DNA of 64,000 nucleotides from Macrostomum hystrix. Taxonomy: Eukaryota > Animalia > Platyhelminthes. A program made the translations under genes and the position numbers. A model generated the notes under the pieces. That model saw nothing but the letters and a program-made list of their open reading frames with translations. It was not told the origin of the DNA and made no database searches. Every line of letters begins with the position of its first letter. Position 1 is the first letter of the stretch. Below are positions 37,555 through 48,710 of the stretch, in pieces. The stretch is from contig CATNEN010000003.1 of the NCBI GenBank assembly GCA_950097015.1, positions 6,820,001-6,884,000 on the forward strand, given 5' to 3'.

Positions 37555-40500
37555 CTAGATCTGCAAATTCCCTAGTATACTGAACACGGTGGCAAGCCTC
37601 TGCAAATAGCCTTCAAACCTCGCGGGGGGTCTGATTTGTCTGCGCGGACGGCTTGTCACTCCTTCCCTTTCTTCATTCTGTACAATGTACATGCCTCCTT
37701 CTGAGGTGGCTGTTGCCAGACCCTCAGCTGTCCCTTCGCTTTCGCTCTCCTCTTCACTGCTCGTAGCCTCAGGCTCGGTGTGTGATTCATCCTCAACTTC
37801 TATCTCAGCTCCTAGTTCCAAATCTTCTCCATTAATTTCACTTGGGTTTTCTCTAAAATGACATTGCCATTCTAATCTGTCTTCTTCCTCTTCGGATTCA
37901 TCTTCCTCTGTTAGAACAAATCTTCCCTTCTCCTTCGGCTGGCTTCCCCTAACTTTGACCTCTGTCTTCTTAGCTTTCTTCTCTGGTGCGGCCTGGCTTC
38001 CCCTAATTAATTCCTCTTGGGTTGAATTAGGCACAATAGTTATGTTGTCTCTATGGACAATCATGATATTGCCTACTAACTGTCCTTGCTCCTCTTTTTG
38101 CACTCGAAATACTACCTCTGATATTTGCTCTATTACTCTGAAGGCTGATCTCTTTTTCCTATGAAATTTGTGAGATTCCTCACTGTCCAACTGTGGATTA
38201 TTGATCAATACTAGACTTCCAACTGGGACTGTCTTAGGCAATTTGCTGTTTTTCGCAGACTCTTGTCTGTTACTGACAACCTTCTCCAATTTTCTTTTGA
38301 CAATGTCTCTCGCAATCTTCAGCCGTTCGGCATGTTCTGTCACATAAGATGGATAACTGGCGAATGACTTTGGTTGGCTGATTTGACTGTCCATAGGCAA
38401 TACTGCTTCCCGTCCAAATAACAGGTAGTGGGGAGTAAAGCCTGTGGTTTTGTTTACACTAGTGCGGACAGCAACTAATGCAGCTGGGATCATAAGGTCC
38501 CAATCACTGTGATCTTTCTCAATGAGACAAGTTACTATTGATTTAATTTGCTTGTTAAATCTCTCCACCAATCCATTGCTTTGGGCATGGTAGGGTGTTG
38601 TAAACGTATGCTTCACGTTATACATTTCGCAAAAAGCTTTGAACTGCTTGCTAGCGAATGCCTTGCCATTGTCTGTGTGTAACCACTGACATTGCCCATA
38701 CTCTGCGAAGATTCTTTCCTGTAAGATTTTGATCACAGTATCTGACTTTTGATTTCTAGTTGGGAATGCAAACGGATATCGAGTGGTGCTATCCACAATA
38801 GTTAGGACATACTTGTGCCCTCTTTTGCTCTCTTTGGATAGTGGTCCTATAAAATCGACATGCAGGCGGTGAAAAGGTTCACTTATAGGGAACGATTGCA
38901 CTGGCGCCTGAATCGGGTTTCCTCTCTTGCTTTCCAGGCACGGAATACACTCTGCGATATGAGCTTCCACTGCTTTGACCAATCCTGGTCTCCAAAATCT
39001 CTGCCTGACACGTTGAATTGTTTTATCGCGTCCCAAATGTCCTGCTAGTGGGCTATCATGCAGATCGCTGAGAACTAGCTTATCCAAGGACTGGGGCAGT
39101 ACAACTTTCCAACTGTCATCTTCGCTAATGATTAGCATCTCATTCTCTACCTTCATATCCTCAAAGGATTTCCTCATCTTCTTCAATTCTGGGCTGACAA
39201 TTTCAGGTAACTGGGGATTGTTCTCTCCTGATTTCTTCCATTCAATTAGCACTTTAATTACTGGGTCATCTCTTTGTGACGCAATAATTTGCTCTCGTTT
39301 CAATGGGCTGGGTAAGAAATCGGTCAATAACTTCTCGCACTTGCTACTTGTTGCTTGCAGCATATTCTCACTCTCAATAGGATTAAATTCTTCAGGAACT
39401 GGACTCGGAAGCGGAATGCTGGAGTCATGTTCAAGTTCACTGGGAATTCTCACCTCTCCTTGTCCTGAGATAGTAGACTGGATCCTGCTATTGGGATCTA
39501 ACGTCTTTTTCTCTCCTTCACTTAGGGCAGTCTGGGGCTGTGTCAAGCTACATGAGCTATCATTAGCCTTAACTTCCTGTCCTGACTCTTCCATTACACT
39601 GCAGCTTTGCACTATCGGCTCAATAACTTGCTCTGCTTCAGGGACATCAGCTGGTCTTCTTGACAGACTGTCAGCGTTCTGGTTCTTTGCACCGCTTCTG
39701 TGTTCTATATCGAACAAGAATTCGTTTAGGCGCTCAACCCACCGACCAAGAATTCCTTGAGCTTCTGTTTGCCTTAACAGCCAAATTATCGCCTTATGAT
39801 CCGTTCTTGCCAAAAACTTCTTGCCTAACAGGTAGAAACGGAAATGCCTCATGGCATCCACTAGGGCTAAGAGTTCTTTTCTAGTGATAGGGTAGCGTTT
39901 TTCCGACTCTTTCATAGCTCGGCTGAAATAAGCTATGGGTCTCTCTATGCCATCTGATTGGATCTGGCTAAGTACAGCGCCAATACGGCTATCACTTGCA
40001 TCGGTATCCAATACCATCTTCACCTTCTCATCATCCACAAATTCGGGATACGCTAAGACTTCAGTGGACATCATCCGGTTCTTTAGCGACTCAAACGCTT
40101 CGTCATGCTCTTTGCTCCATCTCTCTTGAAAGTTCTTAATTCCTTTCCTTGTTAGCTGGAAAAGGGGATGGGCAGCTTCTGCATAATTTTTAATGAAGCG
40201 GCTATAGTAATTACATAGACCAAGGAAACTGCGTAGCTCCTTCACATCTTTTGGCTTCGGCCAGGTCTTGATTGCTTCAATCTTCGTCTCATCCGTACGG
40301 ATACCTTCTGTACTGATCACATGTCCTAAGTACTTTAACTCTCTATGAAAAAGGTTACATTTCTTTGGCCTTAGCTTCAATCCTGCGATTATTAATCTCT
40401 TGAACACTTCCTTTAGATGGGAAAGGTGGTCATTAAAGTTCTTCGAATAGGTAACTATATCGTCTATATACGACATAGCAAATTGATGTTGAATCCCTAA

Positions 40501-42318
40501 AAGTACAAGATTCATGAGCCTCTGGAAGGTTCCTGGGGCATTGGACAAACCTTGCGCCATAACCTCATACTCAAACTGGCCTCGGGTTAAAGTAGAGAAG
40601 GCGGTCATGAACTTGTGTTCTTCCTTTATTGGCACCTGCCAATAACCAGAATTCAAATCGAGACTACTAAAATATTGACTACCAGATAAGTAGGTGAAAG
40701 TCTGATGAATGTTAGGAAGCGGATACGGAACATAGTTCACCTTCGAGTTTAACACTCTGAAATCACTTACAATCCGTATGGATCCGTCCTTTTTCGGCAC
40801 AATGACTAGTGGTGTAGAATAAGTTGAATAACTGGGCCTGATTAAATTTTTAGCCAACATGTCATCCAACTGTGTGTCGACTTGCTTTTGGAGATGGGGT
40901 GGTATTCTCCTAGTTGGGATCCTCACGGGAGTCTCATCCTTCAGTGAGATCTCATGTGTGATCAGATGGGTTAAACCCATATCCAACTCATTCTGTGAAA
41001 AAGCTTCACGATGCTCCTTCATCAATTCGATGACTGATTTCCTCTGGTCATCGGTAAGATCTTGACCAATATTAACTTCATTAATCCAGGCATCTTCCAC
41101 AGTTTGTGTCTGGTTGACTCGTCCGGTAGGTTGACTGACTATTTCCCTTTCGGCTTCGAAATATTTCAACTCACTTGCCTTCACTGGTTTGGCTAGGCCT
41201 ACCAATGTTGACTTCGACAGCTTCACCTCAACTGGATTGTTATTCACAATCTCCACAATGGCGGAACCTTCTCGCATTGTGACTAGAGTGGGAGCCATCT
41301 CGACTGTCAATTCTTTGGCTTTTACGCCTTCGCCAATCATACTCACTGTCATAGGTGTTCCAAAATTGCACTCGGCATCTCTCGCCAATCTCACTGGGAT
41401 TCTCAATGCACTATTTGCAGGAATCACTACTTTCTCCTGAGTATACACTCTGCATACTTTTACAGGTAGATGAGTGAACTGCATAGGAATGCTTGCTCCT
41501 TCATTTAGAATCAACATGCCTTTAGCAAGATGAATGCTATCACAATGTCCTAGGAAAAATTCCATTCCTAAGATATTGTCGCTCTCATGTCCACACAAAA
41601 GGAATTCTATTTCTATCTGGATGTCTCCGAATCTAACTGGAATACAACTCTCGCCTTCCAATTGTACTCTGGTTCCGTCGAAAGTAGAGACTCGCTTGTC
41701 TGTACTTCTTATCTGTTCTGGCTTAAGTAATTTTGACCAAATAGATTTGCTCAAAAAGCTGTTCCTAGCCCCTGTGTCTAGGATAAAATTAATTTCCTGA
41801 TTCTTAAATTTTCCTACAATTACAGCTTCAAATCCTTCAGGTTTAATAAGTTCTAGTTTAGAATTAGAAACAAATACTTTGCGTTTGTTCTCACGTGTCC
41901 TTGAGTATTTTCCAGATGTTGCGGCGGCTGATCTCGGTGCTGATACTTCGGAAGCTGGTTCCTCCAGGGTTGACATGCAGGGGGCTGACGCAATGGTTGC
42001 TGACACAGATGCCGCTGGGGCTAACGCAATGGGTGCTGACGCAGATGGTGCTGACGCAATGGGTGCTGACGCAGATGGTGCTGACGCAATGGGTGCTGAC
42101 GCAGATGGTGCTAACGCAATGGGTGCTGACGCAGATGGTGCTGACGCAAATGGTGCTGACGCAAATGGTGCTGATACTCGATACTTCGGCTGCTTCTGTG
42201 CATTACACAATCTCGACGACTGGGCTGGGTATCGCCGATTCTTAGAGGCCTGCGATTCGAATCGGGGTTTACTAGAGGGGCGCGGCCTCGACTCTCGTCC
42301 CTCGATATTCAGTTTCCC
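37555..42318 (-). CDS. pol: Pol polyprotein (protease, RT, RNase H, integrase), entered by -1 frameshift
   Basis: LDTGA protease; YIDD RT; DTDASD..IGAVL RNase H; H..H..C..C and DDE integrase; frame open from the GGGAAAC slip site. Confidence 0.96.
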   Translation of the reverse strand, partial: GKLNIEGRESRPRPSSKPRFESQASKNRRYPAQSSRLCNAQKQPKYRVSAPFASAPFASAPSASAPIALAPSASAPIASAPSASAPIASAPSASAPIALAPAASVSATIASAPCMSTLEEPASEVSAPRSAAATSGKYSRTRENKRKVFVSNSKLELIKPEGFEAVIVGKFKNQEINFILDTGARNSFLSKSIWSKLLKPEQIRSTDKRVSTFDGTRVQLEGESCIPVRFGDIQIEIEFLLCGHESDNILGMEFFLGHCDSIHLAKGMLILNEGASIPMQFTHLPVKVCRVYTQEKVVIPANSALRIPVRLARDAECNFGTPMTVSMIGEGVKAKELTVEMAPTLVTMREGSAIVEIVNNNPVEVKLSKSTLVGLAKPVKASELKYFEAEREIVSQPTGRVNQTQTVEDAWINEVNIGQDLTDDQRKSVIELMKEHREAFSQNELDMGLTHLITHEISLKDETPVRIPTRRIPPHLQKQVDTQLDDMLAKNLIRPSYSTYSTPLVIVPKKDGSIRIVSDFRVLNSKVNYVPYPLPNIHQTFTYLSGSQYFSSLDLNSGYWQVPIKEEHKFMTAFSTLTRGQFEYEVMAQGLSNAPGTFQRLMNLVLLGIQHQFAMSYIDDIVTYSKNFNDHLSHLKEVFKRLIIAGLKLRPKKCNLFHRELKYLGHVISTEGIRTDETKIEAIKTWPKPKDVKELRSFLGLCNYYSRFIKNYAEAAHPLFQLTRKGIKNFQERWSKEHDEAFESLKNRMMSTEVLAYPEFVDDEKVKMVLDTDASDSRIGAVLSQIQSDGIERPIAYFSRAMKESEKRYPITRKELLALVDAMRHFRFYLLGKKFLARTDHKAIIWLLRQTEAQGILGRWVERLNEFLFDIEHRSGAKNQNADSLSRRPADVPEAEQVIEPIVQSCSVMEESGQEVKANDSSCSLTQPQTALSEGEKKTLDPNSRIQSTISGQGEVRIPSELEHDSSIPLPSPVPEEFNPIESENMLQATSSKCEKLLTDFLPSPLKREQIIASQRDDPVIKVLIEWKKSGENNPQLPEIVSPELKKMRKSFEDMKVENEMLIISEDDSWKVVLPQSLDKLVLSDLHDSPLAGHLGRDKTIQRVRQRFWRPGLVKAVEAHIAECIPCLESKRGNPIQAPVQSFPISEPFHRLHVDFIGPLSKESKRGHKYVLTIVDSTTRYPFAFPTRNQKSDTVIKILQERIFAEYGQCQWLHTDNGKAFASKQFKAFCEMYNVKHTFTTPYHAQSNGLVERFNKQIKSIVTCLIEKDHSDWDLMIPAALVAVRTSVNKTTGFTPHYLLFGREAVLPMDSQISQPKSFASYPSYVTEHAERLKIARDIVKRKLEKVVSNRQESAKNSKLPKTVPVGSLVLINNPQLDSEESHKFHRKKRSAFRVIEQISEVVFRVQKEEQGQLVGNIMIVHRDNITIVPNSTQEELIRGSQAAPEKKAKKTEVKVRGSQPKEKGRFVLTEEDESEEEEDRLEWQCHFRENPSEINGEDLELGAEIEVEDESHTEPEATSSEEESESEGTAEGLATATSEGGMYIVQNEEREGVTSRPRRQIRPPARFEGYLQRLATVFSILGNLQI
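42255..42318 (-). other. -1 programmed ribosomal frameshift signal
   Basis: G GGA AAC (42318-42312) right before the gag TGA; the -1 frame is the pol frame; downstream GAGGGACG/CGCCCCTC stem whose loop can pair with CCCCGATTC. Confidence 0.85.
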
Positions 42319-43208
42319 TGATATCGGTACTGCTGCTGCTGCTGTGAGCTCTTGCAGTACTTGGCAATATGCCCAACTTTGTTACAGTTAAAACATGTCG
42401 GCGGAGGCCTCGACTGTTGCTGCGGCTTCAGGTACGTCTTCGGCTGCATGAGCGGCTGAGGTGTTACTCTCTGGCATTCAGCCTTCCTTCTTTCCTGAAT
42501 CAGGTCTTCAATCAGCTTCTTCTGCTTATTGATTTCATACTTCTGCCTCTCGATGGTCTCCTCCATCTTCTTATTCCGATCCTCGTCGAATTGCTCGTCT
42601 TTAACAACTCGAACTCCACTCTTGTGTGACATATGCCACGCTGCTTCGATGCGTCTCAACATCCTTCTAGCCTCTTGCAGGCTGGCTGGCTGTGCAAATA
42701 TTAACTTTTCCCTAGTGTCGGAAGGGATTCTCGCTCCTTTAATGAACTGCTCTACTACTTCCTCCTCCCTTTGTTCTGCATTCATATTGGGGAATGCTTG
42801 CGCGGACAACTCAATCAAGGCATCTGCGAATGAGTCAACGGGCTCATTCCTCCCTTGCATTCTACCTCTAAATTCCTCCCTAAACTCGGCTGAGCTTCCT
42901 AGTCTTCCAAACCTTTCTACAAGTCTTTCCTTCAACTCCTCATACGTTAAGTCTTCTGGCAGATTCAACCGCTGAACGGCTGCAAATGCGGTCGCGAGGT
43001 CTAGATTAGCTAACAGCTCATTCTTCCTATGTTCATCCTGTTCTAATCCTTCATTGTCGCATCTCTGATCAAATGCTTTGAGCCAAATTCTGATGTCCTG
43101 GCTAGGTGTGTACTTTTGGATCTTTACGTGTCTCATGGGTCCTAATTCTAGTCTATTTCTTAATTCTTCTGCTAACAAGCCAATAGCATCATTAATTCCT
43201 GCGGCCAT
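42309..43208 (-). CDS. gag: Gag with CCHC zinc knuckle, 299 aa
   Basis: Capsid-like EFRGRMQGRNEPVDSFADAL; CFNCNKVGHIAKYC. Confidence 0.95.
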   Translation of the reverse strand: MAAGINDAIGLLAEELRNRLELGPMRHVKIQKYTPSQDIRIWLKAFDQRCDNEGLEQDEHRKNELLANLDLATAFAAVQRLNLPEDLTYEELKERLVERFGRLGSSAEFREEFRGRMQGRNEPVDSFADALIELSAQAFPNMNAEQREEEVVEQFIKGARIPSDTREKLIFAQPASLQEARRMLRRIEAAWHMSHKSGVRVVKDEQFDEDRNKKMEETIERQKYEINKQKKLIEDLIQERRKAECQRVTPQPLMQPKTYLKPQQQSRPPPTCFNCNKVGHIAKYCKSSQQQQQYRYQGN

Positions 43209-43257
43209 ACCTTTATCTAACTTTCAAACTGACTGTGTGCTTTAGCTGGATTCCAAT

Positions 43258-43275
43258 CCTTTACCGCTGACACCA
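43258..43275 (-). other. Primer-binding site, tRNA-Leu-like (TGGTGTCAGCGGTAAAGG)
   Basis: Starts with TGG 3 nt after the 5' LTR end; TGGTGTCAG complements the ...CUGACACCA end of tRNA-Leu(CAG/CAA) types. Confidence 0.8.
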
Positions 43276-43278
43276 AGT

Positions 43279-44084
43279 TGTCGTAGGGCTCCTTACTGAT
43301 ATCCTACAGCTGCCACTAAGTTGTCGTAGGCCTCCTTCTTAACTCCCACTGCTTTCACCAATTTGTCGTAGGCTCTCTCCTCTTTGGGTTTAAATATCAC
43401 CGATACTCTTTTATTAAATATTAACAATTGCTTATTTCACACCTTGAATTAACCTTTGAAATAACTCTTAATTTCCTTTGTCTATGACTTAGTTATTCTT
43501 CATAGGCTAGCTATGTATCCTCTTATTGCATATGCATATATTGTTTAACTTGGCCAGATAGGCTGCTTTCCTTCCAAAATTGGTAGCGTTCTCACGAGTG
43601 TCCGAGCGGCAAGACACTTCTTCCTCTCCTTACTTACTCACAACTGTCTGGCTCTCTGGTTTGTTCCCAGTCTTTCAAGGCTTCCAATGGACTGAAGTTG
43701 CCCAACTTTGCACACAGTGCTATTCCACCAATCAGGATTTTACCCTCAGCTCTTTAGTTTTACACTCTACTACGGCTTTTTATAACTATCTCCTTCTTTA
43801 TTCTTTCGAATGTTCACCAACTTGTGTATTATCACAGACCTGCTTTTCTCCTTCTCTCTAAAATAATTGAATTCAAACACTTTGAGATTTATTCTCCTTT
43901 GTTTTCTCAGAACTGGGCACGGGGCACCGGTTGGGGCTTTTTGGGTTAAACTGCGTCTATATTTATAGCAAAAATTGGGGCGGTTGGTGCAACACATTAA
44001 AACAAACCAAAAATATAAAACTGAGGAAAAGCATTTGGCGGGAATTCAACTTTAAGAATATACGATAAATTTGGGCCTGCCTCA
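43279..44084 (-). repeat. 5' LTR (806 bp)
   Basis: Copy of 35101-35906. Confidence 0.96.
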
Positions 44085-44792
44085 ATACAATGTTCACCCG
44101 TACTTTAAGTACACATTTAAAAAAGTTACCGTATTACCTTATTAAAAATGCATTTTAAACTAACTGGAAAAAGTTATTTATTTGCTATACCAAATCTTTT
44201 TGGATAAACTTCGTTTTTAATATGTATGTAATGTATGTATATGTACTAAGCCCTAAGCCAAATTTGCATTGTAGTCGTCACGTGTCAGACTTTGACCCTT
44301 TGTATTCAAATGGCTCCTTGGCTGAGTGGGCTCCCGTTTGTATTCTATTTAATTTCGATTATAGATTCTTCAAATAGTTAGGCCTTGTCAATGTCTTAAA
44401 AGTGATGTACACAGTACATGTAACATATTTCCTTGGCTTAACTTTTTAAACACAACATTCAAGACATTTGAATAAAATAATTGAAGTATTATATAATTAT
44501 ATTTTATTGTTAAGCAGTGTAGGCCTTCTGGACTTCATTCTAGGCACATTTCCAACAGTGGCATATTATGGGCTTTCCCAATCTAATTTTTCAAACACAT
44601 TTTAACACACCTAATTACCCTAGCAAAAAAAATCAAAGGGGGACCAAGGGACAAAAAAGGAAGGCATGAAGAAGAATAAAAAGGGGAGAGAAAAAGAGAG
44701 CAATTGAGAGCAAACTAAGTTGTAAATAGAGCAAAAACTAAGTCGGACGGCGGGCTAAGATTTGGGAGGTTGCACATGTATGGTCTATGGTA

Positions 44793-46227
44793 GTCTATGG
44801 CCACCCCTTGTTGCACCCCAGTTTTTTGGGCACGCCTTGCAAGCAAAGTGAGATATTTTTTTAAAGCTAAATGAGAACCATATTGAAAATGAAGGGGTGG
44901 TTTTGCAAAAATACAAAATGATGTAGGCCTACTATTGGAAACTATATATTTGGAAAAGGATAGGCAGGAAAACAACAGAACAAGCAGTACAAAAATTGTT
45001 AATAATGTTATAAGCATTCAAATAAAGGGTTGCATGTTGATATGCTGAGCAAACTTTCAAGTGCAGTGGAGCTCCTAGCCTGCAATATTGTGTGGAGTAA
45101 TGATATGCAGCAATTCTCTTCCAAGCCTACATCAACATGTATAGCCAATTATCTCGTGTCATGCCTGGTGGGCAAACCTTTTCCTAAGCCACGATTGTGG
45201 GCTCTACAAGGCGACGCTTGATCTCACTCTTAAGAGCATTGTGCACCATCTCCACGGTATTCAAAAAGGGTGAGTATGCTGGTAAAATTTGCTGACAAAT
45301 AAGATCCTCAAACTGCTCAGGTATCACAATCCCTTGGTGAAAATTTGGACCATCAACAATGAGAATAACTCGTCTGCCAGGAGCATCAGCCTGTATGATG
45401 TTAGCCAGTTCCAAAATAAACTGCTTAAATCTCTCTTGTGTCTGACCACCTTGCTGCAGTGTACAGTGGACAAGACCCAGTTCAGATGACACTGCTAAGC
45501 ACATTGTCATGTTGGGACCCCTCTGCATTACCACTGTTTGTCACATAGGCTGGCCAACTCTTGCTCAACCCTGCATCCTTCTTGTCTATAGGTTGTAGCC
45601 AGTCTCAGATAAACACAGCCAGGTCATTCACAGGCAGTCCCGTCATCATCATATAGCATAGTTGTGCCTTGCTTCTATTACATCCTGGGTATTCATAGCA
45701 AGCCTCACTTTGGCATCCTTGGTGGCGAATGTCAGTCAGATAAGCATAGAGTTTGTTGCTCCAGCAATGGGGAATTCAGTGATGCCGGCTTTTGTGGCAA
45801 CTCCAAAGTCAGTTTTCTCTTCACATCCATCAGAGTAACTAGGATTTTGCTCAACTCTGCTCAAATCTACTCAACTGCATTCCAAATTTCAGCATCCATT
45901 TTTGTTGACCCCGGCTTGTGGCCACTGCATTGCAATGCATGGATCTCACCAGTAGCTGCGTAGAGACTCCATATCCGATAGGCCATCTTCTTGTTCAGTT
46001 TAAGGATTTTGGACGCAGTCAAAATTGAGTAACCATCTTTGACGGCATTGACCAGGCGCTCTCTATCCTCTATCCTATCTCTATCCTCATTGCTTGTTAA
46101 ACGCAGTTGATTTGCCATAGCCCAGCCTTTGTTTTCAATATGGTTCTCACTTGGCTTTAAAAAATTTCTCACTTTGCTTGCAAGGCATGCCCAAAAAACT
46201 GGGCTGAAGCGAGGGGTGGCCATAGAC
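44793..46227 (-). mobile_element. Decayed Tc1/mariner (IS630-superfamily) DNA transposon
   Basis: ~97-bp imperfect TIRs (44793-44889 / 46132-46227, both starting GTCTATGGCCACCCC); TA on the left flank. Confidence 0.88.
45184..46118 (-). pseudogene. Disrupted Tc1-like transposase
   Basis: HTH-like N-terminal piece ending in a stop at 45867; DDE_3 piece LIVDGPNFH...LPAYSPFLNTVE in another frame. Confidence 0.85.
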
Positions 46228-46953
46228 AATAGTTTTTTGCTATTCAGTCTCAGATTGCTTGAAAAAAGTCTCACTAAGCATGCAAAAACCAATTATTACA
46301 TCATTCCATAGGATTAGTACATCATCTGTGTTCTGCTAACATGCTGAGCTTCTAATTTTCTACCATTAAGTAACACACTTAAAGACTATTAACACCATGC
46401 CAGCACCATCATTTACTGTGGATTAAAACTCCCTTGCTGAATTTTAGCATACTTAATATTGCAGAATTTGGACACAACATTTGACGCTCATCATATCATT
46501 GTTTCCCATTGTTTCAAAATGATTTACCAATGTTTTTGCATCATTGGAAATGAAACTTTTCAGAAAACAGTTTATCAAACAATTTGGAAAGAATGCCAAA
46601 CAGATTGTTGTTGGTTTCATATATGGTGCAAAATATGGACTTATATTGGGGCCCTCAATCCTACATAGCCTACCTTTATTGTATGTGTGTTGGCCTCAGG
46701 GTTGTTAAATGTTAGGGTCCCATTGATAGAAAATTAATATGTATGTTTATTTCCTACTCTAATTTAAATAATAACTAGCTAAGACTAAATGTGGCAATGT
46801 GTTTTTTCTACTATACAGTTTATATTACTAGCTATATTTAGTTTCTAAATTTTTATAAGCATCTTTGTTTAAATTCACCATTTTATATTTACAAAATATT
46901 TCCAGATATCTGACTTTATTAATCAATAAGTCAATCCCAAAGCAGAGAAAGCC

Positions 46954-48436
46954 ATGCCATTATTTATGAAAGGCGGCAGTCAGGCTGTAACCTTCACCAA
47001 AGCCTACTTGCAATCTGGCAATTTAATCCTACGCGACACGGTGAAAATTTTGGCATTCAACTATCTGCCTGGTCAGGCTATATCCCACGGTGTCAATGAC
47101 TTCCTGCGCATGACACTGCCACAGTTGCAGTTTAAGAATCCGGCTGTACAGATACTCACTATGCAGAATCTGGCACCTACACCTTTCATTAATTGCTATC
47201 TGGATGCTGATGGTAGGCGAGAGTTGCTAATTGATTGTTCGCATCGTAAGCGTGTGGAAATCCAGGTGTGTTAATTAATTTTGACGCTGATTAGATCAGC
47301 TTGTTCCCTTGTTTATTAGTGATGTGCATGACTAGCCTGGAATAGCTTATTAATGATTTAGTAGCTGCATTAACTTTATGTATAAAATAACAAACTGAAC
47401 AACTACAGAGGAATGAGACATCGGAGACAAAATATGAAACAGAAGACAGATTAGATAAGACAAAAATGAGATACGTGAGAAATAAAAAACGGAAGAGATA
47501 AGACACGGGAGAGATGAGACACGGGAGAGATGAGACACGGGAGAGATGAGACACGGGAGAGATGAGACACAGGGGAGATGAGATACGGAAGGGTTTGGGA
47601 CATGGGAGAGATGAAACACGGGAGAGATGAAACACGGGAGAGATAAGACAGTAGAGAGATAAGACACGGTAGAGATGAGACACGGGAGAGATGAGACACG
47701 GGAGAGATGAGACACGGGAGAGATGAGACACGGTAGAGATGAGACACGGGAGAGATGAGACATGGGAGAGATGAGACATTGGAGAGATGAGACATGGGAG
47801 AGATGAGACATGGGAGAGATGAGACACGGTAGAGATGAGACACGGGAGAGATGAGACACGGGAGAGATGAGACACGGTAGAGATGAGACACGGTAGAGAT
47901 GAGACACGGGAGAGATAAGATACGGGAGAGATGAGACACGGTACAGATAAGACACGGCACAGATAAGACACGGTACAGATAAGGCACAGGATAGATAAGA
48001 CCCGGTAGAGGTAGAGATAAGACGCTAGTGAGATGAGACATAGGAAATATAAAAAATGGGATATGATAATGTAGCATTGATAATGCAATTAGGCTTCAAC
48101 CCACTCACTGTTTTACAGGATCACATGCGCAAGATTCTATGCAAAACCTCCGACGAAGTGGCAGAAGAGAATCTTCGACGTCAGGTTGTGCGCAATCCGG
48201 CCAACTTTGGCTACGGCTGCAAGCGGCACTGCATTTGCGAGGTGTTTGGCCAGGTGCCGTGTTCCAGTGCGCGCACCAAGCAGCGCAGATATGTTGAATT
48301 AAGAAAGGCCGCAGCCGAAGCTGCTGCCACCGCGGCTAAAGCGGCCGAGATAGGCGGCGTTGGGGAAGGATCTACTGAAGCATTTCCTTCATCGCCTTCT
48401 TCAGATGAACCAGTTGAGAATTTGCTCACTAACTAA
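46954..48436 (+). CDS. MRPS25: Mitochondrial ribosomal protein S25 (mS25), 209 aa
   Basis: Exons 46954-47265 and 48119-48436; PQLQFKNPAVQI, PTPFINCYLD, HMRKILCKT, NPANFG..CKRHCICEVFGQVPC. Confidence 0.93.
47500..48040. repeat. 16-bp minisatellite (ACGGGAGAGATGAGAC), MRPS25 intron
   Basis: Tandem units; reverse complement of 49855-50555. Confidence 0.95.
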
Positions 48437-48710
48437 TTAGAGAAAAAGGCAAGGAGTAATGCTAGACTAGGTCCTTAGTTTAGTTCCAAATGTTGCAGTT
48501 AGTCAAGACAAGGCTTGGTCCACAAACGGCCTTGTTTTGTTTGCTTTTTGTCCTAATTTTTTTATTAATTATATTGTTCCCGCCAACTTGCTGATAAAAT
48601 TAGAAATTTCCTGCAGCTTATCAATATCTTCTTGTCTTTCCTTTTTTTATAACACTTATGTACTACGGCTCGTATATTAACTAGTTATTATTTGTTAAGT
48701 GAAAGCACGA

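Larger units (their letters stand above)
35101..44084 (-). mobile_element. Full-length Ty3/Gypsy LTR retrotransposon, recently inserted
   Basis: Two TG...CA LTRs 8178 bp apart; ATAC TSD at 35097-35100 and 44085-44088; PBS, gag, PR-RT-RH-IN order, purine tract 35912-35919. Confidence 0.97.

Noticed and set aside
17873-44084. Functional module linking the m6A writer VIRMA and the retrotransposon
   Set aside because: The insertion is recent (identical-looking LTRs, intact TSD); adjacency alone shows no system.
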